From positions 1-44,320 of the forward strand of contig CALXCH010000003.1 of the NCBI GenBank assembly GCA_944386735.1: 44,320 nucleotides of DNA, written 5' to 3'. This DNA is from an uncultured Clostridia bacterium. Lineage in GTDB: Bacteria > Bacillota > Clostridia > TANB77 > CAG-508. The notes under the pieces were generated by a model. The model worked only from the letters and a program-made list of their open reading frames with translations, was not told the DNA's origin and made no database searches. Positions 9,601 to 19,000 of this stretch are shown here, piece after piece. Both the position numbers and the translations under genes were made by a program. How positions within the stretch are numbered: the first letter of the stretch is position 1; each line of letters begins with the position of its first letter.

Positions 9601-12600
9601 CAGAATCATTTTCATTAAATGTTTCTTTTGTCTTAAATGGAACTGGATTTCCATTTCTATCTAATAATTTCACAGTTACATTTGCAACTTTCCTATCCGG
9701 ATTATTTTCATCTGAATCTCCTTGTGAATATACATAATCTCTTTCAGATGTTTTACCACTTATCATATCTTCCCATACTGTTCCTGATAATTTAATCCAT
9801 TTTCTTCTGTTTTCAAAGTTTATAATATCATATTCAGCTGCTGGCACATTTGAAGGTAATGATTCTCCTTCTTTTCCTGTTGTGTAATATGATTTTCTTC
9901 TTACTACTTCTACTTGACCCTCATTAGATTGTTCTCCTGAGCCACTGCCACTACTCCAATAAATATAATTTGGATCTAACTCATAACCATATTTATCTAT
10001 ATTTATTGCTGTTTCTATAACTGTATACGTTCCTATTCTTATATTATAGATATTTATTTCTCCATTTTCATCTGTTATAAACTCTGTTGCATCCTCTATA
10101 TTACTTGTGTATTCCATATTAAAGAATTGTACACTACCTGTTACTTGTCTTATAGGATTTCCATTTGCATCAATTCCAACTACATATCCGCCTTCTCCTT
10201 GTAACTTAAAGCTAATATTAGGCATTAAGTTTTCGCTATCCTTATCTTTTTTAATAATCTTTAAGTTACCAGTATATTTAGTATTTTCCATGTAGTATAC
10301 GATTAATTTTCCACCTTCTGTAGGTACTGAAAGATCTATAAGTTCTTCTACATTTTGCTCATATCCATAATTATTATTTATTGTTTCTGTTAAATAATAA
10401 GTTCCTGGTTCTAAGTTTTCAAAAGAATATTTTCCTTCTGTTGTTCTAAATGATTCACTATAACCATTTGGTCCTGTTAATGTTCCTTCGATGTCTATGT
10501 ATCTCTCATAATCGTCTCCATTTTCATGTTCATCTAAGTCTACTTTTAATAGTTCTATAAATGTATTAAAGTTTGTCCACTCAATCGTATCTTCTGTCCA
10601 TATATCTTCATATTTCCAACCTTCACCAGCATCTTCCCAACCACCTTCAGCATTTTGGTGACGGTTTCCTGTATAGTTTGTTGGACATGGGTTTGTACCT
10701 ATATAATAGTAATATGCATATACATATTTCCAATAGTATTGTCTTACAGTTTCTGTTTTTCCTTGTGTTGCTGTTACACGACTTACTCCTCTTTCAAACT
10801 CACTTGCTGTTAAACTTATATAGAAAGTTACATTTCCTGTTCCTGTAACAGAACCTATTCCGTTTCCATTTGCATCACATAATGTATAGCTTAATGTACC
10901 TCCGTCTTTACTATATACAGTTATTCTATAAGGTTCCTCATTAGAATTCGTAGATGATTCAAATGGACCTAAAACATATCTATCTCCTACTTTTTTGTTC
11001 TCTATCTTATCATTTAATTTTGTTAATTCAATTCCTGGAGTAACTACTTCTGTTGATCCATATTCATAGCTAAAAGATGATGAAACAGAATAAGCATATT
11101 CAGAATCTGAACAATTTGCTCCACTCCAACCAGCAGCAGGATAGTCACCACTATCTGAACAAACAGCTGAAGATGTTGGTCCTCCTGAAACAGTAAATCC
11201 ATGTGAAGTTTGTCCATTACCAGTATAATGAAGTCTTATTGCAAAAACATTACTACATGATGTTATTCCTATTATTGCAAATACGAACATTGATACTCCA
11301 AATTTAGTTATATTCTTTATTTTAAATTTAAATTTAATACCTAAGAATACTAGTACTGCTAATACAAATAATATTATTCCTATAGAAATATATACTGCTA
11401 AACCTGTACTTACACCAATAATTAAATCTGCTTGTGAATAATCATCTTCTGATGTATTTCTATTTCCTGGTGTTGAATCTGTATCTTTTGTTCCTGTTAT
11501 ACTTCCTTCTGCGCTTCCTATTTCTGCTGCATTTGTATAAGTTCCAGCATCATCTTCTCCCATTGTTTTTGTTAATGTTAATGTTAATTCTTTGCTTTCT
11601 CCTGGATTAATCACTTGATTCATTAATCCTCTATTTACAAGCACTCCATTTTCATTTGTCCAATTTGTATTTCCATTGTTAGAGAAATCAAGTCCATCTG
11701 GTAAATAATCATATATTTCCTTTACTGTAGCTGGTGATTGTCCCTCATTTGTTATAACTATTTTATATTTTACTGAAACCTGAGCTCCTTCTATTTCTTT
11801 TGCTCTTATTTCAACCCTACCTAATTGTGTATTATCATATGATACCTGCTTTGTTCCATTTACAGTTGTAACTGAAACATCTGTTATATATTTATCTAGT
11901 TTTAAATCATAGCCTTGCCTTTCCATCAGACCAATATCTATGTTATTTGCATCTTTGTTTAAAGTTATTTGGTCTGTAAGTCCAACGTTTACTTTTTGGC
12001 CATCCAGTGTAATAGTCTGATCCATTGCATCTGAATTTATTTCTTCTGATACTCCACTTGCTCTGTATTGTGTTAATAAATAAACTGAAGTATTGTAATT
12101 AAATACAACCACATAATTTCCTTGTTCTATACCACTAAATGTATATCTTCCGTTATTCGTTGTTGTTTGCGCTTTTACATTATTTGAATCTGATAAATCT
12201 ACTAGCATTACTTCTATACCACTTATCAAAGATTCACTATCTTGTCTAGCTCCATCACCATTTGCATCATTCCAAGAAATTCCTGAAATAGAATATTTAG
12301 CATCTGGATCACTTGGAGTAGTTGGATTATCTGGATCTGTTGGTGTATCTGGGTCTTCTGGGTCTGTTGGTGTGTCTGGATCCTCTGGCTTTTCTTCTTC
12401 AGTATATGGAACAATTATATGTGTTACAACATTTGATGATTTTGTTTCTAATGGTGCTTCATATATTCCCTCATTTTCACCAAATGAATCTCCTACATCT
12501 ATTTTAGCTCCTTGTACTATTGCGCTATTCTCAACCTCTGTGTTCTGATATACATATCCTGCTATTGTCTTAATTTGGATATTTATAGTTTCTTGATATG

Positions 12601-15600
12601 GAATCCATGTATATATATCTACATTTGGTAACTTGTTGCCATCAGAATCCGAATTTGATGATTTGATATTTTCCGTTTTTGTTTTCTTTTCGCTATATCC
12701 AGCAGGAACTCTTCTACCTTCTGAATCTACTTCAGTTACTCTTTCAAAATAATCATATGTAATAGTTTGTGGTTTTACGTTTTCTGGTAGATAATCTAAA
12801 ATATTAACATATAAACCACTTGTTTTATTTTTTATTCCTGATATACCTGTACATGTTACAGCAATATTATAATTTATTTCCTCTCCATATTTTACCTCTT
12901 CACCCTCGTTGTCAGAACTCATTTCTATTACTACATTGTTAAATCCGTATTGTATTCTGTTTTCATTCATATTATATGTAATGTCTTTAGTTGTTACCGT
13001 AGCAACTGTTTTTAATTCTGCATTTCCATCACTATATTGTTCTCTAAGATATGTATCATCTCCTTTACGCACACCTATTTTATATGTACCACTTTTTGTT
13101 GCCTTAATTATAACCTCATTACCATTAAAGCTATAAGTATAACCTCCTAAGTCTTCTACTCCTGAAAGACCTAAATTATATATTTTTGTATCATATTCTG
13201 ATGCATAAGCACCTACATACACATCTCCATTATCTAATTGTTCTTGTGTTGGAATAAAAAGCTCTGGCAATTTTACTTTTATTGTTACTTCCTCTCCACT
13301 AGGGTTGTCTAAATTAATTCCATATGCATATTGCTCTTCTAAAACTGTGGCTGATCCTTCATTAATTATAGACCATAAAAATGCTTTTACTTCTCCTTGC
13401 TTAATTTTGTTGTTCAACTTATAATCAGATACTTCTGTATTTCCTATATAAGTTTTTATATTTGTTGTTATATCTTTTTCTTCTTCTAAATCTTCAACTT
13501 GTACCTCATAATATTTATTCACAGTTTGTCCGGCTTTTATTGTTCCAACATCTATTTCTGTTTCTTTAAGATTTTCATCAAAATTATATTCATATATTCC
13601 TGTTGATAAATCTCCAAATGTTGAATTTAACTCTCCGTATTTCAATCCATCTGGTATTGTTCCTACTATTCTTACATTATCTATTGGATCACTTGTTGTA
13701 TTTTTAATTTGTACATTATATTTTATAAACTCTCCTTCATATACAGAATCTCCATCTTTTAGTTCAGATTCACCTTTCATAGGAGTAACTTTTATTTGTA
13801 ACCCATCTATTTGTTCTTGTGTTGCAGCTACTAAAGCTTCTTGTTTTGCTATTTCTTCTACTTGTCCTACAATTGCATCTACTAAATTTCCGTCACCATT
13901 TGCATCTGTCGAAGCATTTGCATTAGTATCTTCACTTTGAGTCTTTTGGAAATTTTCTATTATAATTTGTTTTTCTATATTTCCTTGCTCAACACCACCA
14001 TAGTTATTTGTATAATCTACATTAATTTTATCTACTCTAGTTTCAACATCTGTACTTAATATTATTGATGCCGGTATTTTTATATTAGTTGTTATTCCTA
14101 AATTATTCTCATTATAAGCTGTCTCATTTCCTTCTATATTTACTACTATACTTGTAGTTCCGTCTTCTGCTGTCTCTACATATGGTTCTTGCATATTTAA
14201 ACTATTTGAATAAAGCATAGAACTATTTCCTAAAATAACCTTTTCTACATCATTTGGTAATTTTATTCTTATTGTTGGATTATCGAATAAGTTGTTTGCT
14301 ACTGATGAAGAATTTAATGAAATATCAAATGTTACATCATTTTGTTTTTCATTTGTCCAATCTGTATTATCTACATTTACTTCCACATTAGTTGTAGCGT
14401 CTTTTACTTCTATTGTATTTTCTTTTTCATTTCTGTAGCTCTCTTCTTCTACTATTTGTGTTGCTACATTATTATTTCCTTGATTTTCTTCTGTATTTAC
14501 ATTAACGTTTCCGCTGTTTAAATTTGGACTATTTAAATTTAAACTTCCACTTTGTAAGTAGTTTATAGTGTCTTCTACATTTACTTGTTCTTCTTTTTCA
14601 TTTATTCCTACTATAGTTACTTTTCTTGTAATATCTTTATCATCTAAATATGACTCATCACTTTTTATTTTCTTTACATTTTCTATATGTAATATTCCTT
14701 CATTTATAATATTACTTGTTTTTATAGTTATGCTATTTACATCATCCCCATATGTAACTATATATTCTCCGTTTTCGTCAAATTCTGTATTATTATCAAT
14801 GGTAGCAATAACATTATTATTTCCATCTAATATTTCTAAGCTACCATTTTCTCCTAGAACATTTAAAATATCATTCTTTAATATTTTTGTACTTTTATAA
14901 TAAACATCATTTTGTCTTACAAATGAATTTTCTTCTGTTATGTTAATCTTTTGATGAGCACGTTTATCACTTATTGTTATTTCATTATTTTCTGTATATT
15001 CTGTATCATAGGCAGTTCCATTTATAACATTAGATTTGATGTATCCATTATATATATCGCTTGTATTAGTAGCAATAGAAGTTAGCTCTCCAACATCTTC
15101 TGTAACCTTTTGATTTAATGCTCCTTCTCCACTTACTTCTCTATTATCATCTGTAAACAACACAGCTTTATATGATACATTACAGAATAAATCCCTTTCT
15201 GGCTTATCTTGTGTATAAGTATCATAACAAGAAATAATTATGTATTCATCTCTATCATTATCACTTGGTCTTGTATTATATATAGGTTGTCCATTTTCAT
15301 CTTCATTGCTTGTTCTTATTGTTGCTATTCCAGAATTAGAATCATAGCTATAATCTACATTTATATTAGTTGTTCTTCCATTTGTTGCTTTTGTACCTTC
15401 ACTAATTACTTTTACACTATTTGGATACTTTCCATCAATTGGGCTTAAAGCAACATTAATCTCTGAATTTTTTATAGCATAGAATTCGTCTCCATATTTA
15501 ATTCCCGTTCGTAAGCTATATTGTACTAAAGTACCTTTTGTCCCATCAGTGAGCTCATAATTTACATATTTATTAAAAACTCCTTCAAGGATAGCTTGTT

Positions 15601-15709
15601 CCTCGTTATCTGCTCCATAACTTGTTCTTGTAACTACTCTGCTTATCGCTATTAACATTATTACCAAAATAGCTAAAGCAAATATCTTTACAATATTTTT
15701 CTTTTTCAT
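6638..15709 (-). CDS. giant (3023 aa) surface protein; in-frame fusion of an A-type (DUF11/SdrD-B-like) and a B-type (SpaA/Cna-B plus SdrD-B-like) adhesin paralogue
   Basis: Uninterrupted ORF with SD GGGGGAA upstream and an N-terminal signal peptide. DUF11-like motifs (GEFIKYNVQIKNTTSDPIDNVRIVGTIPDGL), a PEDPDTPTD x2 linker, and SdrD-B-like motifs (GISWNDANGDGARQD, SGTVWEDMISGK, SGTVWEDEAIADL). SpaA/Cna-B-like region (GNLKIIKKDKD...GTYTVIET). Internal TM pair at about aa 1437-1490. C-terminal TPPTG, then TM, then KKKVLK. Confidence 0.85.
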   Translation of the reverse strand: MKKKNIVKIFALAILVIMLIAISRVVTRTSYGADNEEQAILEGVFNKYVNYELTDGTKGTLVQYSLRTGIKYGDEFYAIKNSEINVALSPIDGKYPNSVKVISEGTKATNGRTTNINVDYSYDSNSGIATIRTSNEDENGQPIYNTRPSDNDRDEYIIISCYDTYTQDKPERDLFCNVSYKAVLFTDDNREVSGEGALNQKVTEDVGELTSIATNTSDIYNGYIKSNVINGTAYDTEYTENNEITISDKRAHQKINITEENSFVRQNDVYYKSTKILKNDILNVLGENGSLEILDGNNNVIATIDNNTEFDENGEYIVTYGDDVNSITIKTSNIINEGILHIENVKKIKSDESYLDDKDITRKVTIVGINEKEEQVNVEDTINYLQSGSLNLNSPNLNSGNVNVNTEENQGNNNVATQIVEEESYRNEKENTIEVKDATTNVEVNVDNTDWTNEKQNDVTFDISLNSSSVANNLFDNPTIRIKLPNDVEKVILGNSSMLYSNSLNMQEPYVETAEDGTTSIVVNIEGNETAYNENNLGITTNIKIPASIILSTDVETRVDKINVDYTNNYGGVEQGNIEKQIIIENFQKTQSEDTNANASTDANGDGNLVDAIVGQVEEIAKQEALVAATQEQIDGLQIKVTPMKGESELKDGDSVYEGEFIKYNVQIKNTTSDPIDNVRIVGTIPDGLKYGELNSTFGDLSTGIYEYNFDENLKETEIDVGTIKAGQTVNKYYEVQVEDLEEEKDITTNIKTYIGNTEVSDYKLNNKIKQGEVKAFLWSIINEGSATVLEEQYAYGINLDNPSGEEVTIKVKLPELFIPTQEQLDNGDVYVGAYASEYDTKIYNLGLSGVEDLGGYTYSFNGNEVIIKATKSGTYKIGVRKGDDTYLREQYSDGNAELKTVATVTTKDITYNMNENRIQYGFNNVVIEMSSDNEGEEVKYGEEINYNIAVTCTGISGIKNKTSGLYVNILDYLPENVKPQTITYDYFERVTEVDSEGRRVPAGYSEKKTKTENIKSSNSDSDGNKLPNVDIYTWIPYQETINIQIKTIAGYVYQNTEVENSAIVQGAKIDVGDSFGENEGIYEAPLETKSSNVVTHIIVPYTEEEKPEDPDTPTDPEDPDTPTDPDNPTTPSDPDAKYSISGISWNDANGDGARQDSESLISGIEVMLVDLSDSNNVKAQTTTNNGRYTFSGIEQGNYVVVFNYNTSVYLLTQYRASGVSEEINSDAMDQTITLDGQKVNVGLTDQITLNKDANNIDIGLMERQGYDLKLDKYITDVSVTTVNGTKQVSYDNTQLGRVEIRAKEIEGAQVSVKYKIVITNEGQSPATVKEIYDYLPDGLDFSNNGNTNWTNENGVLVNRGLMNQVINPGESKELTLTLTKTMGEDDAGTYTNAAEIGSAEGSITGTKDTDSTPGNRNTSEDDYSQADLIIGVSTGLAVYISIGIILFVLAVLVFLGIKFKFKIKNITKFGVSMFVFAIIGITSCSNVFAIRLHYTGNGQTSHGFTVSGGPTSSAVCSDSGDYPAAGWSGANCSDSEYAYSVSSSFSYEYGSTEVVTPGIELTKLNDKIENKKVGDRYVLGPFESSTNSNEEPYRITVYSKDGGTLSYTLCDANGNGIGSVTGTGNVTFYISLTASEFERGVSRVTATQGKTETVRQYYWKYVYAYYYYIGTNPCPTNYTGNRHQNAEGGWEDAGEGWKYEDIWTEDTIEWTNFNTFIELLKVDLDEHENGDDYERYIDIEGTLTGPNGYSESFRTTEGKYSFENLEPGTYYLTETINNNYGYEQNVEELIDLSVPTEGGKLIVYYMENTKYTGNLKIIKKDKDSENLMPNISFKLQGEGGYVVGIDANGNPIRQVTGSVQFFNMEYTSNIEDATEFITDENGEINIYNIRIGTYTVIETAINIDKYGYELDPNYIYWSSGSGSGEQSNEGQVEVVRRKSYYTTGKEGESLPSNVPAAEYDIINFENRRKWIKLSGTVWEDMISGKTSERDYVYSQGDSDENNPDRKVANVTVKLLDRNGNPVPFKTKETFNENDSVNRGTTVDEILTDADGNYLMIDVLIDELTNYYIQFTYNGMSYEPVPLTDLTPSNPNSSKAAENEAERAEFNRKYSEITHSGTTGPVGESRDDGGSKTYDLNYDTDQYYEDENGNIIGQNKSTLNYGPNSVYGYDEQKFPVNMTDEQYIMHATTKDAYQSQGQSGYLADDFDTIDNIRKTEKEEIPYINLGIMEREQPDLSLVEDIETVKVTLNGYEHTYNYNQRFENQSQYGDGFNVAVKFGNEYGSAEYTQPIYSSDVVYNAQPGNEGKLEVYVRYKIALRNEATNLYTKVNNVIVMYDNRYTIDSIQDDSGNTSYNYTDGGAVGDYNKATIEEVNQNLEPQTVKYIYVTYKLNNSAINAVLDNNEEFENNPLDAVAEIGSYSTYSDSGFSVHYAGVDKDSRPGSAEPTDRTTFEDDTDSAPAFKLELKEGRVISGTVWEDEAIADLLDLENGGTEVTDPITGETKKVKERIGNGEYEQGTENTVGNVTVDLIVLSYDANSDVDLANASILGEAGTEGTEPKESEIANLYQQGTSATDTVVELASKTTGNDGHYEFSGVIPGKYLLRFTYGNNSVIYNPDGTENRVIDDVDKYKSTIYRGNRPENESTAAGDTDWWYRSETSGENAARWSDARDEIGIDGNGKYDLLKDRLGLEREYYYGNTDPNVLNDDAIKAIEARSRGFEIKEDYDVNLDNMSKFGEELKFVFDNMDFGIIRRPIQNLKVEKQISHVKVTLANGQVLIDGDPRVDEIEHLRFLPDGNVHIEVDSEIIQGATLTVRYEIIADNSDSELDYNDENYYIFGTPDDPNSLIAPRIKRLHDYLSNDLVFDKENSPENWHQYEPEELEQLLNDQYLSQDAYDAIKKYNQVLWTDAFANMGIGRYTTELEVSKVLSNSANDLDFGNDIEVNVLIGRRTTKPDNPDDYTIPGNYVPSDDGREEGGDDDYRVITITPPTGEDLNYIPYIILGISSFIILGVGIIFIKKKVLK
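12302..12390 (-). repeat. Pro/Asp/Thr-rich linker encoded by a tandem ~27-nt repeat (PEDPDTPTD x2, then PDNPTTPSDPD)
   Basis: Plus strand reads ...ggatctgttggtgtatctgggtcttctgggtctgttggtgtgtctggatcctctgg... Confidence 0.7.
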
Positions 15710-15856
15710 GATACTTTTCCCCCATATGTAAAATTTCTTATATTAATATTACAAGCTTTTTCAATCAATTTCAATGTGTATTTTTTCCTAATATGGAAAA
15801 ATAATCCTTAAGTCTTTAGGGAAAGTCATTTGCGCGCTAAATATTAAAAAACCTTT

Positions 15857-15886
15857 ACATTTTTATTACATTTTTAGACATTTTTA
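15857..15886. repeat. three exact copies of ACATTTTTA at 10-11 bp spacing, upstream of the 3023-aa gene
   Basis: Copies start at 15857, 15868 and 15878. Confidence 0.7.
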
Positions 15887-15949
15887 TACTAAAAGCATCT
15901 AAACCCTTTATTTGCGTAGCAATTACAAATGTTACAATTAAAAGAAAAA

Positions 15950-15980
15950 GAAGTAGAAAACTTTAAATATTTTCTACTTC
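15950..15980 (-). terminator. rho-independent terminator after the 1301-aa gene
   Basis: gaagtagaaaa / ttttctacttc forms an 11-bp perfect stem. TTTTTCTTTT follows on the minus strand. Confidence 0.7.
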
Positions 15981-16012
15981 TTTAATAATTTCTTTAATTA
16001 GTTGCCCTATTT

Positions 16013-19000
16013 CTATTTGTCTTTATTTCCTAAAGCTCTTTTCTTAATTAAGAATACTCCAACTCCTAAGATAACTAATGCTACTACTCCAACTATAGTT
16101 GGTACGATAAATGCTAAGTTATTACCTGTTGATGGTGTAACAATAACTGTCTCTGCCATGTTGTCGTCAATTTCTGTATGTCCACTACCTGGAATATAAT
16201 TTCCTGGTATTTCAGTTGGCTTAGCACCACCTGTCTTATCTAATGTTACAACCTCTGTTTCGTTATCCACATAAGTTTCATTTGCTGTTGATAATAATCT
16301 AGATACTGCTAAATCTGCTGCTGCTTCTTCAGTTGGTTTTAAGTTATGTTCTTTTAAGCTTTCTGTATAAAGAATAGTCTTTTCATTTATAGTAGAATTT
16401 TCATTATTGTATACAACCTCTGCAACTAAATCTTTAATCTCATCTGGTGTCTTAACTTGCCAATCTGGATTTGCTGCATTATCAAATGCCCAATCATTAT
16501 CTAAGTAATCTATTATAGCTGATGGAGTTATTGTTACAACGTCTCCTTCTACAATTCCATATTTATAGTAGTTTTCAGATAAGTAATCTAATTCACTTAA
16601 GTTTGTAGCTTTTACTTCATAACTTACCTCTAATGTTGCTCCTTGAACTATTTCGTTGTCTATTTCAAGTCTTACATATCCATTTTGAGGATTTGCAGTT
16701 TCTGATGGTCCCATATGAGTTAAGTGCTCTGCTTGTCCTGTTATATTACCATCTTCATCAAATGTTGCATCTATTATTACTTGACCATTAGCAAGTGTAA
16801 CTTTTACTGATTTTACTCTCTTAGTCATTGCTAATTTTTGTCTTGCTCTTTCTACTATACCAAAGTCAACATTATGAATTTCGTAAGTATATCTGTCTCC
16901 TGATGAAGCTGTATAAACACTATCATATTCTACACCAATTCCCATTGTTGGAGTTGTAGAATTCATCTTGTCTATTGTTGTTTGTGTACTATTTGTTATA
17001 TGCTTAATTTCATCATCAATTTTCTGTCTTAATTCATAATCATCAATAGCATCTGTTTTTCTTGTATCTACATCTTCTTTGAACCATTGTTTATTTGTTT
17101 GATCTCTTGAGCTATCATATACTGTTCCTTTATAGTTTTGTACTGTATAAGTGTCATCTCCCCAAGTATATGTTAATGTATAATCACCTGGTATATAATC
17201 TGTAATTTGGAAATCACCATTACTATCTGTTGTAGTAGTATACACTTTTCCGCTTCCAGTATTTTCTGTTAATGTAACCTCTACACCTTCAATACCTGGT
17301 TCACCATCTTCATATGCTCCAGATCCTTGTCTTATTTCTCCTGTCATTAATTCTCCTGAAGTTTCATCTAAGAATACTTTACCATCTAATTTTCTTGCAT
17401 CTGCAACTTCTAGTTTAAATCCAGGTGCTGAATCTGTATCATCTTGATATGTTGCTTCATTTCCTGGAGTTGCATTTGCTGGGTTAGAATCTTTATCTAT
17501 ACCTGCATATACATTTCCATCAGCATCAAATGTTGAATAAGAATTTATTTCTACTACATTATCTAGAACTTCTCCATCATTTATTAAGTTTACTACTTGC
17601 TCTCTACTTAATTGGAATTCTATATAAATATCAGCTGTACTTTGTGGGTCTAATCTAGTATTTGTATCTATTACAGTTTTTGCATATTCATCATTGTATG
17701 CTGTATCTGTATGAGTAAGTTCGTCTCCTGTTATACTTCCATTTTCATCTAAGGCTGTTCCAACTCTTAGAAGTGTATAGTTACTATCATAGTAGTCTAC
17801 TATACTATTTATTTGACTAATTAAGTTTGTAGATTCATTTCTTAAAGCTATTCTATATGTTGCATAAACTTTTAATTCTTTACTTGGATCCTCTTCATTT
17901 ATATATTCATAATCTGCTTTATAAATTGCTCTTGTATATGACATTGAACCATATTTATTTCCAAATTTTACACCAACATTAAATCCATCACCATATTCAC
18001 CTTGGTTCACAAACCTTTGTGAATAATCATATACATGTTGATATCCGTTAACTGCTACTCTTACATTTTGTAAGTCTTTAATTAATGCCATATCTGGTTG
18101 TTCTCTTTCATATAAACCTTGGTTAATCCATTTTATTTCTTCCATACCATATGTGAAGTGGTCCCAAATACTATAACCAGTTTCATCTGTATTTCCTGTA
18201 ATTAAGTACTGACCATTATTAATTAATGTTGCTGTGTGCTCATTTTGGTCTAAGTTATAACTTAAGTCATAAACTTTATTTCCATTTTCATCAAGAGTAA
18301 TACCTGTATCTTCTGTACTTCCTCCTTCTACAGAACTGAACTTTTTATTAAACTCATCTCTTACTGTAGGGTTTTCTGCAGATTTAGAACCATTGTCACG
18401 GTCTATGTGTGGTATTACATTTGTATAGGTTAATCCGTCATATTCAAACTCAATATAATAATCTTGTAATTTTTCAATTAAGACATCCATAAACAAATAT
18501 GCTCCACCATCTGCTGTTGTTGTTTCCATTACAGTTTCACCTGTTGTTCTATCTTTTAATCTTACTGTAATTCCATCTAGTAAAATATCTGCATCATCAT
18601 AGTCATTATCTTTAAATAAATCATTTCTATATGATTGTTTTCCTGATATCTTATCCACCCAAACAATTCCTGATAATTTTACATAGATTTGTTTGTTTGC
18701 AATTTGGAACTCTGTCGTATCACCTGCTGTTATGGTTGTTACTTGTCCATCAGTTAAGAATTCATATCCATAATTTGGGTTTTGAGTTTCATAAGCTGTA
18801 TATGTTCCTACTACTAAACCTTCAATATATATTTCACCGTTTTCATCTGTTATGAATTCTGTTGCCTCTTCCCTTGTATCTACATATGCTATGTTACCAT
18901 TTTCATCTTGTTTTATATATTTTCCAAGCTCATTATTCATAATATAGAAACCTACTCCAGGTAATTTTACTTCTGTATTATCTTTATTTACTTTTACTAT

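Noticed and set aside
15710-16012. Invertible-promoter (inverton) or phase-variation switch upstream of the giant genes.
   Set aside because: I found no convincing flanking inverted repeats and no recombinase gene nearby. Homopolymer tracts near the starts are at most about 5-7 nt.
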